63,002 nt of DNA from Elainellaceae cyanobacterium (GTDB lineage Bacteria; Cyanobacteriota; Cyanobacteriia; CAZCXK01): assembly GCA_051117555.1 (NCBI GenBank), contig JBNPEG010000028.1:1-63002 (forward strand), given 5' to 3'. The notes below the pieces were generated by a model that saw nothing but the letters and a program-made list of their open reading frames with translations, was not told the origin of the DNA and made no database searches. Positions 18,460 through 28,730 of the stretch are shown here, piece by piece (position 1 is the first letter of the stretch; every line of letters starts with the position of its first letter). Position numbers and translations under genes: made by a program.

Positions 18460-19989
18460 ATGGTGACTCTTCTTGAAAACCCCCTTCGAGTTGGACTACA
18501 GCAAGATCGCATTCCGGAACCTCAAATTCTAGTAATCTTTGGGGCATCCGGCGATCTCACCCAACGAAAATTAGTTCCGGCTTTATATCAAATGCGCCGC
18601 GAGCGTCGTCTTCCTCCAGAGTTGACCATCGTCGGCGTCTCTCGCCGAGATTGGAGCCATGACTATTTTCGTGAACATATGCGAGAAGGGGTCGAAGAAT
18701 TTGGGGGTGGGCTCGGGTCTGAAGAGCTCTGGAAAGATTTTGCTAAGGGCTTATTTTACTGTTCTGGTGATATTGATAAGTCCGAAAGCTATCAGAAGCT
18801 CAAGACATTTTTAAGCGAATTAGACGACCAGCGAGGAACTCGCGGCAATCGCGTCTTTTATTTGTCAGTAGCACCTCGTTTTTTTGCAGAAGCAGCCCAG
18901 CAACTGGGTGATGCAGATATGCTAACTGACTCAAGCAAACAGCGCCTTGTCATCGAAAAGCCATTTGGGCGTGACTTAAGCTCTGCTCAGATTCTTAATC
19001 GAGTGGTTCAACGCGTCTGCCCTGAAGAACAGGTTTATCGTATCGACCACTATCTAGGCAAAGAGACCGTTCAAAATCTTCTGGTCTTTCGCTTCGCAAA
19101 TGCAATTTTTGAACCCCTCTGGAATCGACAATTTGTAGATCATGTGCAAATTACTGTTGCCGAGACAGTTGGTTTAGAAGGGAGAGCCGGGTATTACGAA
19201 ACGGCTGGCGCACTGCGCGATATGGTGCAAAATCACTTAATGCAGCTATTTTGCTTAGTCGCAATGGAGCCGCCTAACTCCCTGGGCGCAGACAGTATCC
19301 GCAATGAGAAGGTCAAAGTTCTTCAGGCAACTCACCTGGCTGATTTAGAAGACTTATACTTATCGGCAGTTCGAGGTCAATATACCCAAGGCTGGATGAG
19401 AGGAAAATCAGTTCCACCCTATCGAGAGGAAAAAGGCGCTGAGGAAGGATCGACAACTCCGACGTATGCGGCACTGAAATTATTCATCGATAATTGGCGA
19501 TGGAAAGGGGTTCCTTTTTATCTCCGAACGGGTAAGCGGATGCCTAAGAAAGTCACAGAAATTTCAATTCACTTTCACGAAGTGCCTTATATCATGTTTC
19601 AATCTGCCGCAAAACAGGTTAACCAAAACGTGCTTGCAATGCGGATTCAGCCAGATGAAGGCATTTCCTTGCGCTTTGAAGTCAAGACGCCTGGCAATTC
19701 GCTTCGAACCCGCTCAGTTGACATGGATTTTCGATACGATACAGCGTTTGGTCAAGCGAATACAGATGCGTACAGTCGTTTACTTGTAGATTGTATGCTA
19801 GGAGATCAAACTCTCTTTACTCGCGGAGATGAGGTTGAAGAGTCGTGGCGGCTTCTGACTCCTCTCCTGCAAGTATGGGACGCTCCAGCACCTCCAGAGT
19901 CCATTCCACTTTATGAGGCGGGAACGTGGGGACCTGTTGAGTCCGAACTGTTATTGAACCGTGACGATCGCCGTTGGCGTAGATTGTAA
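18460..19989 (+). CDS. zwf: Glucose-6-phosphate 1-dehydrogenase
   Basis: [21 protein letters not shown]. Confidence 0.98.
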   Translation: MVTLLENPLRVGLQQDRIPEPQILVIFGASGDLTQRKLVPALYQMRRERRLPPELTIVGVSRRDWSHDYFREHMREGVEEFGGGLGSEELWKDFAKGLFYCSGDIDKSESYQKLKTFLSELDDQRGTRGNRVFYLSVAPRFFAEAAQQLGDADMLTDSSKQRLVIEKPFGRDLSSAQILNRVVQRVCPEEQVYRIDHYLGKETVQNLLVFRFANAIFEPLWNRQFVDHVQITVAETVGLEGRAGYYETAGALRDMVQNHLMQLFCLVAMEPPNSLGADSIRNEKVKVLQATHLADLEDLYLSAVRGQYTQGWMRGKSVPPYREEKGAEEGSTTPTYAALKLFIDNWRWKGVPFYLRTGKRMPKKVTEISIHFHEVPYIMFQSAAKQVNQNVLAMRIQPDEGISLRFEVKTPGNSLRTRSVDMDFRYDTAFGQANTDAYSRLLVDCMLGDQTLFTRGDEVEESWRLLTPLLQVWDAPAPPESIPLYEAGTWGPVESELLLNRDDRRWRRL

Positions 19990-20110
19990 GAACCTAGGAG
20001 TAGAGTTAGGGTGTAGAGGTGTTAAACCCTTGAGACATAGCTCTGTTCCAGATATTCCCCGACCGATTTGCCCGAGTCTCTGTTAACGATGATTGACTAG
20101 CGACTAACCT

Positions 20111-21436
20111 ATGACCACTCCACTTGTTACCCTCCAAAAACCCAAAGACATCTCACTCGATGAGATCGAAGCCGAATTAAGTAATATTTGGCATACCCAG
20201 AATGGCGGCAAGGCTGCACCGGCTGCAACCCGTGCGGCAACATTTAGTATGGTTGTCTATGAGCCAGAAGAATTTCAGCAGCTTTTGGCAACTCTCGGAT
20301 TTTATGATGGCCCAATTGACGGAGTTCATGGCCCTAAAACTAAGGCGGCGGTACGAGAAGCCCAGACTGCTTATGGGCTGCGGGTAACGGGTCGAGTTGA
20401 CTCACAAACCTTGGCAATTTTGCGGGAAGAGGTGAGTAAGCAACCGGTCGATCGGATTGAGGTTTCGAATGTAGATGGGCGGGGATTTAGCATCAGTGAT
20501 GCGATCGCCGCTCAAAATCCTTGCCGCATCATTACGCTTTGTCCGATTCTCGGTAAGGATACGGGTGTAACGGCTCAAGTCTCGGCATATTGCCCTATCC
20601 AAACTACTGGGGGCAGTAATCTTATCTGCTGCGAATATATTACCTTGAAAGGAACGAAAGAGGCATTAGAACGGGTGAGCGACCTTGTTGAGTCGCTGAT
20701 GATCCCAGATCTGCCTAGATTTGTGTGGTGGAAAGCCACTCCTAATCCTGAGCAAGAGCTGTTTAAGCAGCTTGCCAAATCATGTAATTGCATCATCGTT
20801 GACTCCAGCTTTTTTAGCGATGCAGAGTCTGAACTTGTCAAAATTCAGACTTTGCTCGATTCGGGAACGTTTGTAGCCGACTTAAACTGGCATCGCCTCT
20901 CGTCTTGGCAAGAGTTAACCGCCGCAGCGTTTGATCCACCCGAGCGGCGAGCCGCCCTAGTCGAAGTTGACCAAATTTCCATCGATTATGAGAAAGGCAA
21001 TTCTGCGCAGGCGTTGCTATTCCTCGGTTGGATTGCGAGTCGTTTAGGTTGGAAGCCAATCAGCTATAAGATGACAGGCGGTGACTACGACTTGAAGTAT
21101 GTGACCTTTGAGGGCCCGAATCAGCGCAAAGTGGAAGCTGAGTTGGCAGCCATTCCGACTGCCGATTGGGGGGAAATCTTAGGCGATTTAGTGGGTCTGC
21201 GGCTCTCGTCTACCAATCTTGACGCCAATTGTTGCACCATTTTATGTTCTGAAACAACGGGCTGTATGCGCATGGAAGCCGGTGGGACTGCCCAAGCATG
21301 CAGAACGGAACAGGTTACAGCTCTCTCTGACCAGCGAGCCGAAGCATTAATGAGTCAACAGCTTCAACGTTGGGGACGGGAAACGCTATATGAAGAAAGT
21401 CTCGCCGTTACCGCGCAGATTCTTGAACTCCGCTAA
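20111..21436 (+). CDS. opcA: G6PDH assembly/activator protein OpcA
   Basis: Follows zwf; NPCRIITL, ICCEYI, DLNWHRL; internal PG-binding-like segment. Confidence 0.93.
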   Translation: MTTPLVTLQKPKDISLDEIEAELSNIWHTQNGGKAAPAATRAATFSMVVYEPEEFQQLLATLGFYDGPIDGVHGPKTKAAVREAQTAYGLRVTGRVDSQTLAILREEVSKQPVDRIEVSNVDGRGFSISDAIAAQNPCRIITLCPILGKDTGVTAQVSAYCPIQTTGGSNLICCEYITLKGTKEALERVSDLVESLMIPDLPRFVWWKATPNPEQELFKQLAKSCNCIIVDSSFFSDAESELVKIQTLLDSGTFVADLNWHRLSSWQELTAAAFDPPERRAALVEVDQISIDYEKGNSAQALLFLGWIASRLGWKPISYKMTGGDYDLKYVTFEGPNQRKVEAELAAIPTADWGEILGDLVGLRLSSTNLDANCCTILCSETTGCMRMEAGGTAQACRTEQVTALSDQRAEALMSQQLQRWGRETLYEESLAVTAQILELR

Positions 21437-21656
21437 TTTAAGCTCCGCTACTATCCAAGGTTGATGTAATAGTTAATCGTGAGGAGAATCACGCTTGAAG
21501 CTTGGCTCTCCTTGCAGTTTTGTGCTTAGAAAGCATGCTTATTCTGATCTGAAAGAGAAAATACTCTTAATGATTGAGCGATTCGGGGGCGATCGCCCTG
21601 ATAATCGAGAGTGTTTTGCAATCTAAATAAGCATTAAATAGGAGCCTTTAATCATC

Positions 21657-22196
21657 ATGGGACTTTTTGATCAAGTGGTAGGAGCGCTCAGCAACCCTAA
21701 TCAACAAGCCAGTACTCAACAGCTTAGTGGCATCTTGGGGACCGTCCAACACCTTGCCAGCAGTCAAGGGGTAGATCCTTCAACGACTCAAACCGTTGTC
21801 TCTGTTGTGGGTCGATATGTCCGCTCTGCGTTGCAGCAGCAACAATCGACGGATGGTCGAGAAAAAGCTCAAGCCCTCGTAGATCAGTTTAGTGGCACAA
21901 GCCCAAACGCAGCCGCTATTCAAGCACTATTTACTCCTCAGCAACAGCAGCAACTCGCTGAAGACGCGTCTCAACAAACTGGACTCAACACTGGAACGAT
22001 TCAGTCGATGCTACCGATTCTTGTCCCTCTTGCGCTCAATTTGCTCAAAACGGGCGCCAGCAATCAGGGAAGTCAGGCTCAAGCCGGGCAATCAAACTCT
22101 GTCTTAAACGCATTTTTAGATTCGGATGGCGATGGCGATGTGGACCTAGGCGATACTATTTCTATGGCAAGTCGATTTTTGAACCAGCCCAAATGA
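21657..22196 (+). CDS. DUF937-like protein
   Basis: MGLFDQVVGAL start; C-terminal LDSDGDGDVDLGD. Confidence 0.7.
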   Translation: MGLFDQVVGALSNPNQQASTQQLSGILGTVQHLASSQGVDPSTTQTVVSVVGRYVRSALQQQQSTDGREKAQALVDQFSGTSPNAAAIQALFTPQQQQQLAEDASQQTGLNTGTIQSMLPILVPLALNLLKTGASNQGSQAQAGQSNSVLNAFLDSDGDGDVDLGDTISMASRFLNQPK

Positions 22197-22458
22197 AGCT
22201 ACATTGCTTATTTCGTGTCGCCCGGTGACTCATAAAACGTTATAAGATACACAATCTAAGATGCCTGCACTTGTTATAACGAGTTGAGACGTTCCACGTT
22301 TCTAGAGCATGTTGGTTGGGGGAGTGGCCGGCATCTAAGAACTAGATACTCATTACGCTAGATGAGTGGTCTGTCCATTCCCCTCTATCTCTCTAGAATT
22401 GTGTCGTCTTTAGTCTGTGTCGATTCATTGTTCAACTTAATCCATTGGGAGTCTAGCT

Positions 22459-23406
22459 TTGTGCGGCATTGCAGGAGTCATTTACCGTAATCCAGCCGAT
22501 TATCAGCATCTCGGCTCAGATTTGTTCTCGCTAATTCATCCCCTAGAAAGTCGAGGCCCTGACTCAAGTGGCATTGCTCTCTATGGTCGAGACGTTAATC
22601 CTGATCAACTTAAGATGATGCTTCACGGAAACGGGCAGTGGTCTAGCTTAACGCAGTGGTTGAGTCAGTATGCTCAATCATGCGTCTCCGAACCATTAGC
22701 CGAAGGGCAACGCATCGTCCTTGAGTTGGCAGACGGAGTGACCTTCGACCTCGGGGCATTCAAACACCAGCTTCGCCAGCATTTCCCTGATATTCACTTT
22801 ATGAGCATTGGTCAGAAGCTGGAAGTTTATAAGGGAATCAGCGGTGTCGAAGCATTGATGGTTCAGGATGACCTGAGGTCATTCGCGGGCAGTCATGGAA
22901 TTGCTCATACTCGCATGGCAACTGAGTCTGTTGTTGATTTAGACCACTGCCATCCGTTTACAGCAAGTTATGACCTTTCCATCGTTCATAATGGTCAAAT
23001 CTCAAATTACTATCGACTCCGATTTCAGCTAGAGCGAGCCGGGATCATGTTTGAAACTGACAATGACTCAGAAGCGATCGCCCATTATATTCACTATCAG
23101 TTGCTTCAGGGCAAATCGTTAGAAGACGCCCTGGAAAAGTTCTTGAACGACGTAGACGGCACGTTTACCTTCCTGGTGGCAACCCCCGATAAAGTAGGAC
23201 TCGTCCGTGATAAGTTTGCTGCAAAACCTGCGGTCATTTACGAAACCGACCATATGATGGCGATCGCCTCCGAATACCGAGCGTTAATGGCACTAAATCG
23301 GTTTGATAAGAACGCCAGCATTCGCGAACCCGATGCTGGAGAGATCAATGTTTGGTCGGTGTCAGCTAATCAGCGCGAACTCCAACTTTCAAACAGCAGG
23401 AGTTAG
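22459..23406 (+). CDS. glxB: Class II glutamine amidotransferase, GlxB/MgsA-like (N-methylglutamate synthase subunit A)
   Basis: N-terminal CGIAG (Ntn Cys), RGPDSSG, HTRMATES, HPF, HNGQISN, DSE. Confidence 0.8.
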   Translation: MCGIAGVIYRNPADYQHLGSDLFSLIHPLESRGPDSSGIALYGRDVNPDQLKMMLHGNGQWSSLTQWLSQYAQSCVSEPLAEGQRIVLELADGVTFDLGAFKHQLRQHFPDIHFMSIGQKLEVYKGISGVEALMVQDDLRSFAGSHGIAHTRMATESVVDLDHCHPFTASYDLSIVHNGQISNYYRLRFQLERAGIMFETDNDSEAIAHYIHYQLLQGKSLEDALEKFLNDVDGTFTFLVATPDKVGLVRDKFAAKPAVIYETDHMMAIASEYRALMALNRFDKNASIREPDAGEINVWSVSANQRELQLSNSRS

Positions 23407-23409
23407 TCT

Positions 23410-24123
23410 ATGGCAGACCTTATGCTTTCAAAAACAGTCGTTGACTGTTCTGAGTTGACGACTCGTCAAATTAATCAGCAGTTAAAAGCACTGGCTGCTG
23501 AAGGAATTAAGTTTGTCGATCTGATTAATCCTGCTGGACAGCATAATCTAGCAGTTGGTTTAGAGTATCCTATTCATCTCACGTTCCAGGGTCCTGTTGG
23601 ATATTACTGTGGTGGCTTGAGTGATGGTCCAATCATCCATATTGATGGCATGTGTGGATGGTCATTAGGGGAAAACCTAATGTCAGGTCAAATTATCGTT
23701 CACGGCAACGCATCGGCCAATGCAGCCGCATCGGCACATGGTGGCAAAATCTGCATCTTAGGAAATGCAGGTCCTCGCACCGCGATTTCTCTCAAGGGAG
23801 CAACCGTTGTCGTCAAAGGCAATGTTGGGCACAGCAGCGCATTCATGATGCAGCAGGGCCGGTTGATTATCTGCGGTGATAGTGGTTCAAATCTGGGCGA
23901 TTCCATTTATGATGGCGAAATTTTTGTTGGCGGAGTAGTCAGTTCATTAGGCGCTGATGCTCGGTATGAGCCAATGAGTAAGGCAGATTGGCAAATGCTT
24001 CATCAAGAACTCAGCCCATTTGGAATGAGTGCCCATGAGTATGACTTTAAGAAAATTGTCTGCGCTCAAGAGCTTTATCACTTCAAAGCGAAGGATTTTA
24101 GCAAATGGAAAGACGCTTACTAG
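23410..24123 (+). CDS. glxC: GXGXG beta-helix protein, GlxC/MgsB-like
   Basis: GPVGYYCGG, GENLMSG, NAAASAHGG, GDSIYDG. Confidence 0.82.
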   Translation: MADLMLSKTVVDCSELTTRQINQQLKALAAEGIKFVDLINPAGQHNLAVGLEYPIHLTFQGPVGYYCGGLSDGPIIHIDGMCGWSLGENLMSGQIIVHGNASANAAASAHGGKICILGNAGPRTAISLKGATVVVKGNVGHSSAFMMQQGRLIICGDSGSNLGDSIYDGEIFVGGVVSSLGADARYEPMSKADWQMLHQELSPFGMSAHEYDFKKIVCAQELYHFKAKDFSKWKDAY

Positions 24124-24304
24124 CGGCGTTTCCAAACCATTTTATTGGGCTGGTGATGGACAGCTAAGAGCCTTAAACAACATGGGTTACGCTGCGACCT
24201 ATCCTACAACTGCTGAGTGCTAATCGCTAAATAGCAAGGATCGCGATCGCCACCCTTACCTTCTGACCCCCAATCCTAACCCGTCAACGTTACCCTCTCT
24301 CCCT

Positions 24305-25615
24305 ATGGAAAATCGCACACTCAACACCAGCAATACTTTTACTCCTGATGTCATTCAAGCGATTCAGGAGAGAGCTAACCTCGGGCGCTACATGATTCGC
24401 GGATTTGGTGCCTTTCGCAATGTCCCCCGGTTTGATGATTTAGTATTTCTGACCGCATCCTTAACTCGCTTTCCCCTCGAAGGATACCGGGAGAAATGCA
24501 ATACTACAACCTATCTTGGAACGCGGTATGCAAAACGCCCGATCGAATTGGACATTCCCATCACGATCGCCGGAATGAGTTTTGGGGCACTCTCCCGCAA
24601 TGCAAAGATTGCTCTAGGTCGTGCCGCTACGTGGTTAGGAACATCGACCACCACAGGCGACGGTGGCATGCTCGATGACGAGCGAGTCGCCTCTCAGAAG
24701 CTAGTTTATCAGTGTCTGCCATCTCGCTATGGGTTTAATCCGAATGATGTAAAACGGGCTGATGCAATTGAGATTGTCGTTGGGCAAGGCGCAAAACCCG
24801 GCGGGGGCGGTCTATTGCTCGGACAAAAAGTCAACAAAGTTGTCGCCGGAATGCGGACCCTGCCCGAAGGAGTTGACCAGCGATCGCCCTCTCGCCACCC
24901 CGACTGGATTGGTCCTGACGATCTCCGCATCAAAATTGAAGAACTGCGAGAAGCGACCAACTGGGAAATCCCTATTTACATTAAAATGGGAGCCACTCGG
25001 GTTAAAGACGATGTAAAGCTAGCTGTTAAAGCAGGTGCTGATGTAATTGTTTTAGACGGAATGGAAGGGGGAACCGCTGCAACCCAGAGCATTTTTCAAG
25101 AACATTCTGGTATTCCAACCCTTCCCGCTGTCGTACAAGCCGTGGATGCGCTCAAAGAAATTGGAGTATATGGCGAGGTTCAACTTGTTATTTCGGGCGG
25201 AATCCGCTCCGGTCCAGATGTTGCCAAAGCCATCGCACTCGGCGCTGATGCAGTTAGTATTGGCACAGCTAGTCTGATTGCAATGGGCTGCAACAAGCCT
25301 ATTTATGTTGAAGACTATCACACGCTTGGGACTGAGCCATATCATTGCCATCACTGTCACACAGGCCGCTGTCCAGTAGGCATCGCAACTCAAGATGATG
25401 AGTTAATGGAGCGACTGCCTATCGAAGAAGCAGCCACGCAAGTCGCTAATTATATTCAGGCAATGGTGATGGAGGCACAAAGCCTGGCCCGAGCCTGCGG
25501 CAATTCTGATGTGCATAATCTCGAAAAGCAAGACCTAGTGGCGCTCACGCTCGAAGCATCCGCAATGGCACGAGTGCCTCTAGCTGGAACTGATTTTATT
25601 ATGGGGCAATCTTGA
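24305..25615 (+). CDS. glxD: FMN-binding glutamate synthase-like subunit, GlxD/MgsC-like
   Basis: PRFDDLVFL..RFPLEGYREKC, IPITIAGMSFGALS, GQGAKPGGGG, CHHCHTGRCPVGIATQD. Confidence 0.85.
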   Translation: MENRTLNTSNTFTPDVIQAIQERANLGRYMIRGFGAFRNVPRFDDLVFLTASLTRFPLEGYREKCNTTTYLGTRYAKRPIELDIPITIAGMSFGALSRNAKIALGRAATWLGTSTTTGDGGMLDDERVASQKLVYQCLPSRYGFNPNDVKRADAIEIVVGQGAKPGGGGLLLGQKVNKVVAGMRTLPEGVDQRSPSRHPDWIGPDDLRIKIEELREATNWEIPIYIKMGATRVKDDVKLAVKAGADVIVLDGMEGGTAATQSIFQEHSGIPTLPAVVQAVDALKEIGVYGEVQLVISGGIRSGPDVAKAIALGADAVSIGTASLIAMGCNKPIYVEDYHTLGTEPYHCHHCHTGRCPVGIATQDDELMERLPIEEAATQVANYIQAMVMEAQSLARACGNSDVHNLEKQDLVALTLEASAMARVPLAGTDFIMGQS

Positions 25616-25655
25616 AGAGGCCATTCGTACAGTGCTAGCTAATACGTTCACCCCC

Positions 25656-26225
25656 CTAGTAGCAATATCGACCATTCTGAGGTCTTGCTTGCTCATGAGC
25701 TTTACGCATTCCACCCAACAATGTTGAAACAACCACACATCGCTTTGATGCGCGATGCACGTCCGTCGTGAGCGTTAGGCGTCCAAGTTGCCCATTGACA
25801 TGCCCTTTGTGGCTGAATTGGACACGATAGACGCCACCCGAATGCGCGAGCGTCGTTTCACCCAAATCGATTCGAACTCCAGGAGGTAATGTGTTCCAGT
25901 GAATTTGGGTAGGTAGTATATCGGCCTTATGAGTCGACCACTGGACATTTCCAGCAATATCCTGAACGCTGACTTGCCAATCAGTGCTGTGCCGTTTTGC
26001 CTCGCTCTGAGCATCCCTCATCGCAAAATAGACACTGTCCTGAGCGACGTTGAGATTGCGAACATTCCAAAATGTTAACCAACTCGGAACGGCGATCGTT
26101 GCAAGAATTCCCATAACGGCCGTAACGAGCATCATTTCAAGAAGGGTGAATCCTGCGTTAGAACAGCTTTTGAACTGGAGACGATGATACTGCTCGTTTG
26201 TTTTAGACAAATCGGAGGTTTGCAT
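25656..26225 (-). CDS. Type IV pilin-like protein (prepilin N-terminal cleavage motif)
   Basis: GFTLLEMMLV hydrophobic helix; C-terminal Cys pair (RCVVVSTLLG...YCY). Confidence 0.85.
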   Translation of the reverse strand: MQTSDLSKTNEQYHRLQFKSCSNAGFTLLEMMLVTAVMGILATIAVPSWLTFWNVRNLNVAQDSVYFAMRDAQSEAKRHSTDWQVSVQDIAGNVQWSTHKADILPTQIHWNTLPPGVRIDLGETTLAHSGGVYRVQFSHKGHVNGQLGRLTLTTDVHRASKRCVVVSTLLGGMRKAHEQARPQNGRYCY

Positions 26226-26701
26226 AATGTATAACCCTGAAAATTCCTGCTTCGGCAAAAGTCCATGTCAAAATAAGCACCAATACGTACCCCAAACCTA
26301 GGACGCAAGCATGATCATCCCATGGTGGAGCTATTGAAATCAGTTATCGCAATCGCCACCTTCAGGCAATTGCTCGCCAGATGGTCTTCTCAGATTCAGG
26401 GGCTAATCAGGAGTCATAGTCTAGGGAATTAGCGTTAAAAGAATGTCCTGGTGGAGTTGGATAGGGGCAAACAGGCGTTTATCCGTACAGAGTCATTTCC
26501 ACTGAACGTTATTTACACGCAAGCCAGTCGGTTATCCAGTTAACGCTATAAATTAAAAAACGAATAGTCGATTACGTTAGCTATTCGTAGAATTCCCAAC
26601 GCTCGCGCAAGCGTAACAAATGATTCCTTCTTTCCAGACGATACGTAGGTTTCAATCGGATGCAAACTCAGATTTTGCTAACCAAAATCTCGCCAACCAA
26701 A

Positions 26702-27610
26702 TTATGGAATTGGAACCGAATGCAGTAAACGCTCAACAATAGTTTTAGAGCGCTGTCCGCCAGCAGGAATAATGCGATGAGCTAACACATAGGGCGCTAG
26801 AAATTTAACATCATCTGGAATAGCAAAGTCTCGCCCTTCGAGGAAAGCAAATGTTTGAGCGCTGCGATATAGTGTCACCGTACCGCGCGGACTGGCTCCT
26901 AGCAAGATGTCATCGACTTGGCGAGTTGCGCGCACCAAGTCGATGATGTAGCGCTGCAAATGATTTTCAACCTTAATTTGTCTGCAACGGTATCGAAGTT
27001 CGTTCACGTCCTCTATGGAAATACAAGGTTGGAGGTCGCCCAGCCCGTTTCCATCATGAAGACGCTGAAGCATCTGAAATTCATCTGTTTCAGTGGGATA
27101 TCCCAAACTGAGCGATATAGCAAATCGATCCATTTGGGCTTCAGGCAGAGGAAATGTGCCTTGATACTCGATCGGATTTTGCGTTGCGATGACAAAGAAC
27201 GGATCGGGGACGCGATGAGACAGTCGATCAATGGTGACTTGGTGTTCTTCCATGACTTCGAGCAACGCCGATTGAGTCCGGGGAGTTGCCCGATTAATTT
27301 CATCTGTTAAAAGCACATTGGCAAAAACAGGACCGGGAAGAAACTCAAATTCACCAGTTTGTGGATTCCAGATATTGGTTCCTGTAATGTCAGTTGGCAT
27401 CAAATCGGGCGTGCATTGAACTCGTTGAAACTGCCCATCTATTGAGCGGGCCAACGATTTTGCCAAAAGCGTTTTTCCGACTCCAGGCACATCTTCTAAC
27501 AAGGCGTGTCCCCCTGAAAATAGAGCCACTAACATAAGTCGAATTGCATCGGATTTACCGACAACTGTGTAGCCTAAATTTTCTATTAGTCGTTCGACAC
27601 GCTCTCTCAT
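26702..27610 (-). CDS. moxR: MoxR family AAA+ ATPase
   Basis: DVPGVGKT, DEINRATPRTQSALLE, ATQNPIE, FPLPEAQMDRF. Confidence 0.93.
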   Translation of the reverse strand: MRERVERLIENLGYTVVGKSDAIRLMLVALFSGGHALLEDVPGVGKTLLAKSLARSIDGQFQRVQCTPDLMPTDITGTNIWNPQTGEFEFLPGPVFANVLLTDEINRATPRTQSALLEVMEEHQVTIDRLSHRVPDPFFVIATQNPIEYQGTFPLPEAQMDRFAISLSLGYPTETDEFQMLQRLHDGNGLGDLQPCISIEDVNELRYRCRQIKVENHLQRYIIDLVRATRQVDDILLGASPRGTVTLYRSAQTFAFLEGRDFAIPDDVKFLAPYVLAHRIIPAGGQRSKTIVERLLHSVPIP

Positions 27611-27699
27611 AATAAATGGTTGTAATGTCTATTTGCTTTATGATGGCAGCGATAAGGGGGAATGAGAGCGAGTAATTTTACCGAAACAGACGAATGGGG

Positions 27700-28689
27700 C
27701 TACACATCAAATCTCGGTGCCGTCTTAGATGGTTCTTCATTAGGTGAGACGAGTGAGCGAGCCGCATCACAATCAGATTGAATTTGTTGCTTGAGATCGG
27801 TTAGGGACGCAAACTTCTGCTCGGGGCGTAAGAACTTTTCTAGGTAAACTGATAAGATTTCGTTATATAAGTCTCCTGACCAATCTAATAAATGAACTTC
27901 AATTGTTTGTTGAATACCATTAACGGTTGGGCGCAAGCCGATATTCATAACTCCTGATTGCAAGTACTCAGGATTTCCGTGAGGCGAGACAGCGACTCGA
28001 ACATAATAAACCCCATGTCGGGGTAAAAGCTTATCAGGCGGTAATTCTAGATTGGCGGTTGGAAAGCCTAATGTTCTGCCAAGGTGTTGCCCGTGAATGA
28101 CGCGTCCAATCAATCGATATGGTCTGCCCAAGAGCCGATTAGCATGAGTTGGATTTCCCTCTGCAAGAGCTTGACGAATCGCAGAACTGCTGACTCTAGC
28201 GCCCTGACAGGTTCGCAAGGGAGCTGTGTAGACATGAATTCCGAAGGGACTAGCGATCGCCCTCAAATCATCGGTCGTACCAGAACGATCGCGCCCAAAT
28301 CGAAAATTTTGTCCCACGCTCACACAATCTGCTTGCAGATGGCGCACCAGGATCGATTCAACAAACTCCTCAGGCGTTAAACTCGCCAGTTCTGAGGTGA
28401 AGGGAAGAAGGACAAGCTGTTGAACTCCAATCGAGCTGAGATACTCAATTTTTTCGCTTAGCGGCGTTAGTAATGCCCGCTTTTGACCAGTAAAAAACTC
28501 TTGTGGGTGAGGGTCAAATGTGACGACGGTAGCGTAATTATCACCAGGCTTCCTTACGTCATGCGGGCCCTTGCCCATAGACAAAATCGGATCAATGACG
28601 TGCCGGTGTCCTTTATGCACACCATCAAAGTTGCCCAGTGCGATCGCCGTCGGCACCCGAACTGATGTTAACGAAGAAGTAATCCACAC
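27700..28689 (-). CDS. ribF: Bifunctional riboflavin kinase/FAD synthetase
   Basis: GNFDGVHKGH, SSSAIR, GRTLGFPTAN, IEVHLLD. Confidence 0.96.
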   Translation of the reverse strand: MWITSSLTSVRVPTAIALGNFDGVHKGHRHVIDPILSMGKGPHDVRKPGDNYATVVTFDPHPQEFFTGQKRALLTPLSEKIEYLSSIGVQQLVLLPFTSELASLTPEEFVESILVRHLQADCVSVGQNFRFGRDRSGTTDDLRAIASPFGIHVYTAPLRTCQGARVSSSAIRQALAEGNPTHANRLLGRPYRLIGRVIHGQHLGRTLGFPTANLELPPDKLLPRHGVYYVRVAVSPHGNPEYLQSGVMNIGLRPTVNGIQQTIEVHLLDWSGDLYNEILSVYLEKFLRPEQKFASLTDLKQQIQSDCDAARSLVSPNEEPSKTAPRFDV

Positions 28690-28730
28690 ACTTCACATTT
28701 TTACATATCTTTAGAGCGGATTGAGCCTAA

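Noticed and set aside
22237..22250. NtcA box before glxB
   Set aside because: ACG-N8-TAC is only a half-site and has no correctly spaced -10
22459..25615. Ordinary ferredoxin/NADH glutamate synthase (glsF/gltB)
   Set aside because: Split into three short genes with GlxBCD-type order and motifs; lacks the GltB central domain
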